Of a DNA stretch of 64,000 nucleotides, positions 57,358 to 64,000 are shown piece by piece (position 1 is the first letter of the stretch; every line of letters begins with the position of its first letter). The position numbers and the translations under genes were made by a program. The notes under the pieces are model-generated. The model was given only the letters and a program-made list of their open reading frames with translations, was not told the origin of the DNA and ran no database searches. Origin of the DNA: Macrostomum lignano (taxonomy: Eukaryota); assembly GCA_002269645.1 (NCBI GenBank), contig NIVC01000129.1, positions 108,755 to 172,754 of the forward strand. Reading direction: 5' to 3'.

Positions 57358-58647
57358 TCACTCCTCCTTGGGCTCGGCATCAGCAGCGGCGGCGGCGGCG
57401 GCGGCGGCGGCTGCAGCATCTGCAGGCTTCGAGGTGCTGTTCTGCGAGCTACCAGCGTTGGACTCGCCGTCTTTCTTGGCCTTGTCTTCCTCCTTGCGCT
57501 GCCAGGGCACGCTGAGGTAGAAGAAGTTCGACTCGCGGTGATACGGCAGCACCATGTTCTTGAGCTCGGCGAACTCCTCGACATACTTCTTGATCCGTTC
57601 GGCCTTCTTGCGGTTAAGCACCACAGGCTGGGTGCCGTCCGCGATCAGCGTGGTCTTGGCCGTGGCGTAGTCGTCCTTGAACGAGTCGTACAGCTTGTCC
57701 ATCTTCTTCGGGTCCAGCTGGTGCAGCTTCTTGGCCTTCAGGTCGTTGATCTCATCCCGGATCTCCGTCATGTCCGTGTTCTGCGCGGTGAAGACGTTGG
57801 CCAGGTTGTCCTCCTTGCTGGTCTCGTAGAAGCTCTGCATCTTCTCGAACACCTTGATCCTGGTGCGCACGTGGCTGACCAGGTTGTTCAGCTTGCTCTC
57901 CTCGTCCTTGCCATCGTTCATCAGCTGGTTGTAGTCGGGGAAGATGCTGAGCTCCATGTCCGTGCGGCTCGTGTCTGTCGAGAACAGCGCAGCCAGGCCC
58001 TTGCCCTCCGAGGTCTTCAGGATCTTCTCGTCGAAGGAGCGGAACACCGACTGGTCGGCCTTGCGCATGTTGTCGGTGAACTTGGCCAGACCGGTCTTCT
58101 GCGCGCTCTCCTGACCCTTGGCCTTGGCCTTGGCCGGGCTGGCGCCGCCTTCTGCTTTGGCGTCGGCGCCGTCCGCGCTGTCCGGGCTCGCGCCACCGCC
58201 AGGCGTCTTCTTTCGTCGGCGCCGTTTTTTGCGCTTCTCGCCTGCGCTGGCGGCGTCTTTTTCGTCTGCGATCGGCTCGCCGAAGGGCGACAGGAACAGC
58301 GGGTAGGCCTCGGCCAGGGTCATGTCCTTGTTCTTGTCGTTGCCAGTCTCTTTGTTAAGGAAGCAGTAGCGCTCCTGAAGCAGGTAGAACATCTTCATCT
58401 TGAAGAAGAGCGCCTTCTCGTCGGGGCTGAGGAAGGACGGCTGCGTGAGGTCGGCGGTGGCCGAGGTGAAATCGGTGGGACCGGCCTCCATCTTGCAGAG
58501 GTTCCGCATGATCCTCTTGCAGTCATCTGTCAGTATGAGGTTCTCGTTGCGCTTGTCAATCACAATGTCGCGGTCTTTGAGGTTCACCCGCATTACTCCA
58601 TCGTCTGGGCCGACGGAGACCCGCTTCTGAGAGGGTTGCTCAGCCAT
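57358..58647 (-). CDS. Unrecognised intronless 429-aa protein (charged, helical, basic NLS-like run, poly-Ala tail)
   Basis: Non-repetitive ATG-to-stop ORF with strong G/C third-position bias (AAG, GAC, TTC, AAC). AATAAA on the minus strand at ~57244-57249. No family motif recognised. Confidence 0.85.
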   Translation of the reverse strand: MAEQPSQKRVSVGPDDGVMRVNLKDRDIVIDKRNENLILTDDCKRIMRNLCKMEAGPTDFTSATADLTQPSFLSPDEKALFFKMKMFYLLQERYCFLNKETGNDKNKDMTLAEAYPLFLSPFGEPIADEKDAASAGEKRKKRRRRKKTPGGGASPDSADGADAKAEGGASPAKAKAKGQESAQKTGLAKFTDNMRKADQSVFRSFDEKILKTSEGKGLAALFSTDTSRTDMELSIFPDYNQLMNDGKDEESKLNNLVSHVRTRIKVFEKMQSFYETSKEDNLANVFTAQNTDMTEIRDEINDLKAKKLHQLDPKKMDKLYDSFKDDYATAKTTLIADGTQPVVLNRKKAERIKKYVEEFAELKNMVLPYHRESNFFYLSVPWQRKEEDKAKKDGESNAGSSQNSTSKPADAAAAAAAAAAAADAEPKEE

Positions 58648-58909
58648 GGCTTGCGATCCTGTGTTTCCTTGTTTTGCTTTTGCAAGCTGCTTCTTTACAC
58701 GGGGCCCAGCAGATTATTTTCTTTCAAGCCGATTGACACCTCCTGTACAACAGACTGAGTTGCCTTATATAATTGCATTCGTTCCAGCTCTGCCTCGATA
58801 CACAGTTGCCTTTTCAAGTTGTGCCATAGACATCAGATAAATATCTGATTCCGAATTTTATACTGACTCTTATAGGCGCATTTACGAGCTAGTATGGGAA
58901 TCTTAGACA

Positions 58910-59255
58910 CAGAAATTCCAGATTGATCGAGAGGGACCACAGGAATTCCCGATTCAACCACAACCGAAGGTATTCCCGATTCAGATAGGGGAATTCCCGA
59001 TTCAGATAGGGAAATTCCCGATTCAGCCACAACCAAAGGAATTCCCGATTCAACCACAACCAAAGGAATTCCCGAGTAAGATAGGGAATTGCCGATTAAG
59101 ACGGGGAATTCCCAATTCAGATAGGGGAATTCCCAAATCAGTCAGAGCTAAAGTGATTCCCGATTTAGTTAGGGCCAAAGAGATTCCAAGATTCAGATAG
59201 GGGGATTTCCGATTAGGTCAGAAGCAAAGGGATTCAAAGAGGAATTCCCGATTCC
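58910..59255. repeat. Diverged ~21-bp repeat with palindromic GGGAATTCCC core
   Basis: Seen directly. Confidence 0.8.
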
Positions 59256-60830
59256 AATTTCAGCTTTGTCGTACAAGTTTTGACCAAAAATTTCAGAGAA
59301 TATTTTAATGGATAAAAGAATCAAAAACAACAAGCCACGCTCGTATTTAGGGTTCAGCAGAACCAATTAAGTAAAAGAATCGCCTCATCAGCCGGTCCAC
59401 CCTAAATGAGTGTAATATATTTGGATAGAACCTACACTTAATACAACACCTTTTAAACGTTCAATTTGGGTTTAAATAGACAAAATGGAAAATCTGAATT
59501 GCAAAAACACAGCCAAATAGTTGTATAACTGGTTGCTAAGGGCTTTCGATCCTGCACTCGGCTGATGAAATTAGCATTCAATAAATTGGCATTTGGGATT
59601 TGCTTGCGAGTAAAAAACTCCAAGGATAAATGACAAAAAAATTTAACAGCAAAACAGATAGCATCATCATTTCTCACAAGCAGCATAACTAGAATGATAA
59701 TAATTAGAATTTGGCCTAAATATTGAAAATTAATTCCGACTTTGCATGCATAAAATTGCAAATAATCAGGAGCACTAATTTAGGTATCTACCTGAATTAA
59801 TAGATTTAAATCGAAGTTGCTATTCTGTTTGGAAGGCGTATAATTAAGGTATAAATAACAATTTCATGCAAAAAGGCTTACTATAAATAAAACAACAGGG
59901 AACTAAATATTCTGGAATATTATAGTTAAACGTAGAGGGTAGGACAGGCCCTTATTATAGGGATGAATGAGAAAATCGCTATCTACATTGGAGAGGATGG
60001 TGGTGTACGCAGGAGCCAGAAGGACTTCGTATGGTATGTACATACCGGGTAGAGAACTTAGCCTAAAAAGGGCGAAGAAAAGCGGTTTGCTATGTACATT
60101 AGGGATCATGTGTACATTGAAGCTGAGAGGCTCGGATTGTAAATGGCTACGTGTGTACACTCGTTCTAGTTAAAAGGTTCCCCGGAGCTATTTTTAGCAT
60201 CAGCGTACACCACCACCCCATTTTCATGCCAAAAACAAAAATATCGATCATTCCTTACCCCTTGAGTTGGGGTCGCCAGTTAATTATCGATTGATAGAGT
60301 TTTTAGTCACTGTTTTTGTTCGATAAATAAATATAAAATCATCGAAACCTGTATGAATGAAAACAAAAATGGATAAAAGGAAGACTGGCACAAATAATTG
60401 ATAAAATACATACACTTACTGGCGACACGGTTAGCTTAATTATAAGACAAGTATATTGGAATTCTTATATTATTTTTTCAAAGAGAAAAAAACTACAAAA
60501 TCTGGCGCATTCACTGTGAACACAGAAAGGTGAAACGATTTGCAGCAGAAGTACATTCATTAGCTTATAAGAATCACAGAATAACAGACGGCTATATTTG
60601 TGACCGAATTCTAATTAGAAAGCTCACGAAATGATTGGCAAACTCTTAACAGACTGACAGTGTCGCTTCATTCTGTATCAACAAAGAATATAATAAAAAA
60701 ATAACTACAAAGCAGACTGCTGGACATCATACCAAGAATTTGCAATAAGTATTAAATATTAGATATTAGATAAATAAAGGTTGTTGATTTCTATTTCTAC
60801 AGTTATTTGCACCTGTACTTCCTCAAACAG

Positions 60831-61886
60831 TTAATAGGAGAAGGTGTCCAAAGCCGCTTGAAGTTTGTTGGCGATCTGAAAGATTATATAAGAGAAATAT
60901 TAAATTTAACAGTTCGTTTAATTTTTAAATTTACTACCAAACTAAACAAAGCATACGGGAAGTGACTGAGACACGGAGTGACTGAGACAGGGAGTGACAG
61001 AGACAGGGAGTGACAGAGACAGGGAGTGACTGAGACAGGGAATGACAGAGACAGGGAGTGACTGAGACAGGGAGTGACAGAGACAGGGAGTGACAGAGAC
61101 AGGGAGTGACAGAGACAGGGAGTGACAGAGACAGGGAGTGACAGAGACACGGAGTGACTAAGACAGGGAGTGACAGAGACAGGGAGTGACTAAGACAGGG
61201 AGTGACAGAGACAGGGAGTGACAGAGACACGGAGTGACTAAGACAGGGAGTGACAGAGACAGGGAGTGACAGAGACAGGGAGTGACAGAGACAGGGGGTG
61301 ACTAAGACACGGAGTGACTGAGACAGGGAGTGACTGAGACAGGGAGTGACTGAGACAGGGAGTGACAGAGACAGGGAGTGACTGAGACAGGGAGTGACAG
61401 AGACAGGGAGTGACAGAGACAGGAGTGACTGAGACACGGAGTGACTAAAAAGGAGTGACTGAAATAAAGCGTCAGTGCCGCTCACCTCCTGGTGGAAGCG
61501 CACCTGCTCCCGCAGGAAGTTGGCCATCATGGCTTTGTAGTCGGCGTCCACTTCGCGCCGGAAGTTGTTCATCTCAGCGCACTGGGCGGCGCTGACCAAA
61601 GCGGCCCGACGCGTGGTCTCCTGGGCTTCGGCCGGCGAGATGCGGCCCTCCTCCAGGCCGCGCTGGCAGTCGCGGGCGGTGGCGATGGAGCCGCGGCCGA
61701 TGCTGATGACGGCCGGCAGGCAGGAGATCAGGCCGCTGTACTCGTGCAGCGCCTCGGCCAGCTGGTCCGAGTCCGAGCGGGGCTGCTGCGCCCACAGCTC
61801 CGACACCTGCTGATAGGACTGCCCGGCTGCGTGCATGGCCTGGGACAGCTGGTCCAGCTCTGCGGGGGGGGGGGCGGACAGGCTGG

Positions 61887-61942
<56 letters not shown>

Positions 61943-61985
61943 TACAGACACTAAGACAGACAGACAGACAGACACACAGACACTA

Positions 61986-62038
<53 letters not shown>

Positions 62039-62511
62039 CTAAGACAGACAGACAGACGGACAGACAAACAGACAGACAGACAGCAGTTACTCACTGTTAT
62101 TCGGCACCAGACAGGCCGCCTTCTCCATAGCAAAGCAGGCGTCAGCAATTCTCGAATACTCTTTCCTAATATTATTTTCGCATTTCTTCGAATGCGACAG
62201 AGCGGTGTCCATGGCCAGACGGGTGGCCGTGTCTATCTCGGTGGCGAATCCGTCGAACGCATCGGTGTAGCGCTCCATGTCGGTGAGGTCGCAGGGGGCC
62301 GACAGGCGGATGGTGTGGTACACCTGACCCCGGCTCAGCTTGTCCTGCTCGGCGCGGCGTTTTCCTTCTTTCCAACGTTTGCCCTCGTCGGCGCAGGTTA
62401 AGAAATGTTGGAATACCAGCGACGGGCCGGTGACGGGATGGGCGGACATCCGGTTCATCCAGCACTGCAGCTGGCGCATCCGAGCGTTGATGAAACTCTC
62501 CTCGTAGCGGC
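60831..62511 (-). CDS. SNX9/18/33: Sorting nexin of the SNX9/18/33 (PX-BAR) family, last three coding exons; 5' exons lie beyond the window
   Basis: Exons 62511-62095, 61859-61486, 60875-60831; in phase. GRYEESFINARMRQLQCWMNRMSAHPV, FLTCADEGKRWKEGKRRAEQDK, AEMNNFRRE..DYKAMMANFLREQVRFHQEIANKLQAAL match the family's PX end and BAR domain. Confidence 0.9.
60955..61460. repeat. 16-bp minisatellite (GACAGGGAGTGACAGA) in the last SNX intron
   Basis: Seen directly. Confidence 0.95.
61886..62082. repeat. (GACA)n microsatellite in an SNX intron
   Basis: Seen directly. Confidence 0.95.
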
Positions 62512-62899
62512 CTGATAGAGCGAGAGATAAAATATTTTTGAAAATTTTCTTAATTACAAGAAATGCGCTATCGTGCTACTCTCAGTACAAACAACGAGTT
62601 GACTTACTAAAGTAAAATTAAAAGACGAAAAAGATTTTAACGTCGGTTTTTTCGTACATGAAAAATAAAACAATACGGTGGTTGTTAAACAATTATACAA
62701 CTGGGTGAAAAAACTTAACACATATGATCAAAGATAATCACATATTATGTACCTCATTTTATGCTATTTCCTCGGCGATTTCACTTTGAACAGATGTCTT
62801 GTAAAAATTAAGGTCACGCTTGTTGGTTATTTTTTCCACTGAGAGTAGCGCGTAACACAACAGTTAAGCATTGACTGTCAACTTAACTAGAGGGTTGGC

Positions 62900-63260
62900 T
62901 GGTTGTGAAAATGGGGTGGGGCTGAATTGGATCGCCAATAAAACACACAGATAACAACTTAGCAGAGGATTGATAAGGGTGTGAAAATGGGGTGGGGCTG
63001 AATTGGATCGCCAATAAAACACAGATAACAACTTAGCAGAGGATTGATAAGGGTGTGAAAATGGGGTGGGGCTGAATTGGATCGCCAATAAAATACACAG
63101 ATAACAATCCAGCAGAGGATTGATAAGGGTGTGAAAATGGGGTGGGGCTGAATTGGATCGCCAATAAAATACAGATAACAACCCAGCAGAGGATCGATAA
63201 GGGTGTGAAAATGGGGTGGGGCTGAATTGGATCGCTATTAAAACACGCAGATAACAACTT
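62900..63260. repeat. 74/76-bp alternating tandem repeat, about 5 copies
   Basis: GTGAAAATGGGGTGGGG recurs at 62905, 62981, 63055, 63131, 63205. Confidence 0.93.
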
Positions 63261-63314
63261 TGTCACCCCCAGCTGTCACCAGTAATCAAATAATTTGTTT
63301 TATCTCTACATATA

Positions 63315-63900
63315 AAAATCAAAACTCTGTCTGTCTGTGTGTCTGTGTGTGGACAATTTTGATCGCTATGGACTCCCAAACCGCTCAACCAAATTACACC
63401 AAACTTTACACCCACCCTAAACTTACTACGGAGAATGTCTTAGGCTACCTTTTAATTTCCTAAATTTGAGTCTTCCTACCTAAAAGTACAAAAAACTGCT
63501 CAAAATGCGCGATTTTTTCACTTAATCCTCCATAGCGCCGCTCCACTTCTACCGATTCTCTTCAAATTTGACACAGACAATTTTCAACTATTTTGACACA
63601 ATCGTGTAAAATTTCGATTCTCAAAGTTAATCCTGAACGGCGCTGTGCACTTTTAAAGTTGGGCTGTTTTTTGTCAGCGAGACAGCCACCCCAACCTCCG
63701 CCCGCCTGCCTCTCTTTCCCGATCTGGGCGGCCCAGATGTGTAAAAGGGTTTCAAAATGGACTAACTTTCGGCTGCCATAAGTTTGCTCCACGTAAAGCG
63801 ATTGACTTCAAACTTGACACAATTCTTCATTGACCCATTCTCTGTCTAAATGTAAAGTTTCAACTCTGTAACTCAACCGAAAAAGAAACTGTAAGCATGT
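63315..63900. mobile_element. DINE-1/Helentron-associated (HINE)-like element fragment
   Basis: CTGT microsatellite followed by repeated core-like motifs (CAAACTTTACAC, TTCAAATTTGACAC, TTCAAACTTGACAC), the layout known for DINE-1-like elements. Ends not defined. Confidence 0.45.
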
Positions 63901-64000
63901 GAAGTTTGTCTCCTTTTTCTGTTGTTTGTGCTACTCACTCACTCATTCCCCAGAGCCAGACGAAGGGTCAGGCGATAGGACTGAATGTACATAGCAAATG

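Noticed and set aside
57259-58758. 499-aa plus-strand ORF
   Set aside because: Antisense shadow of the codon-biased 429-aa gene; its composition is not protein-like.
59998-60215. 13-bp inverted repeat TGGTGGTGTACGC bounding ~218 bp (possible MITE)
   Set aside because: No target-site duplication found and no second copy in the window.

Overview
Eukaryotic (metazoan) genomic DNA with spliced genes whose introns are largely filled by minisatellites. The style (GACA runs, GCN/GGN homopolymer codon runs, splice acceptors just before start codons) suggests a flatworm such as Macrostomum; this is an inference. Genes reconstructed by hand from GT-AG junctions with consistent phase: last exon of Tousled-like kinase (+), SCAI (+, 10 exons), a neurabin/spinophilin-like PDZ plus coiled-coil gene (+, 5 exons), RPL12 (-), calumenin/reticulocalbin (-, 3 exons), CPT2 (+, 5 exons), an unrecognised intronless 429-aa gene (-), and the last 3 exons of an SNX9/18/33-type sorting nexin (-). 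Mobile DNA: a decayed intron-containing Ginger-type DNA transposon with a CCGG target duplication inside a minisatellite; a three-level nest (Gypsy gag-protease relic > 184-bp hAT-type MITE > 2.6-kb hAT-type element); a 297-bp relative of that inner element; a probable tRNA-derived SINE; and a DINE-1/Helentron-like fragment. Most long ORFs in the supplied track are repeat artefacts. Best leads: the Ginger element, a possible calumenin-RPL12 operon, the orphan gene, the nest, and a neurabin model lacking the PP1 RVxF motif. No database searches were run, so family assignments rest on remembered motifs.
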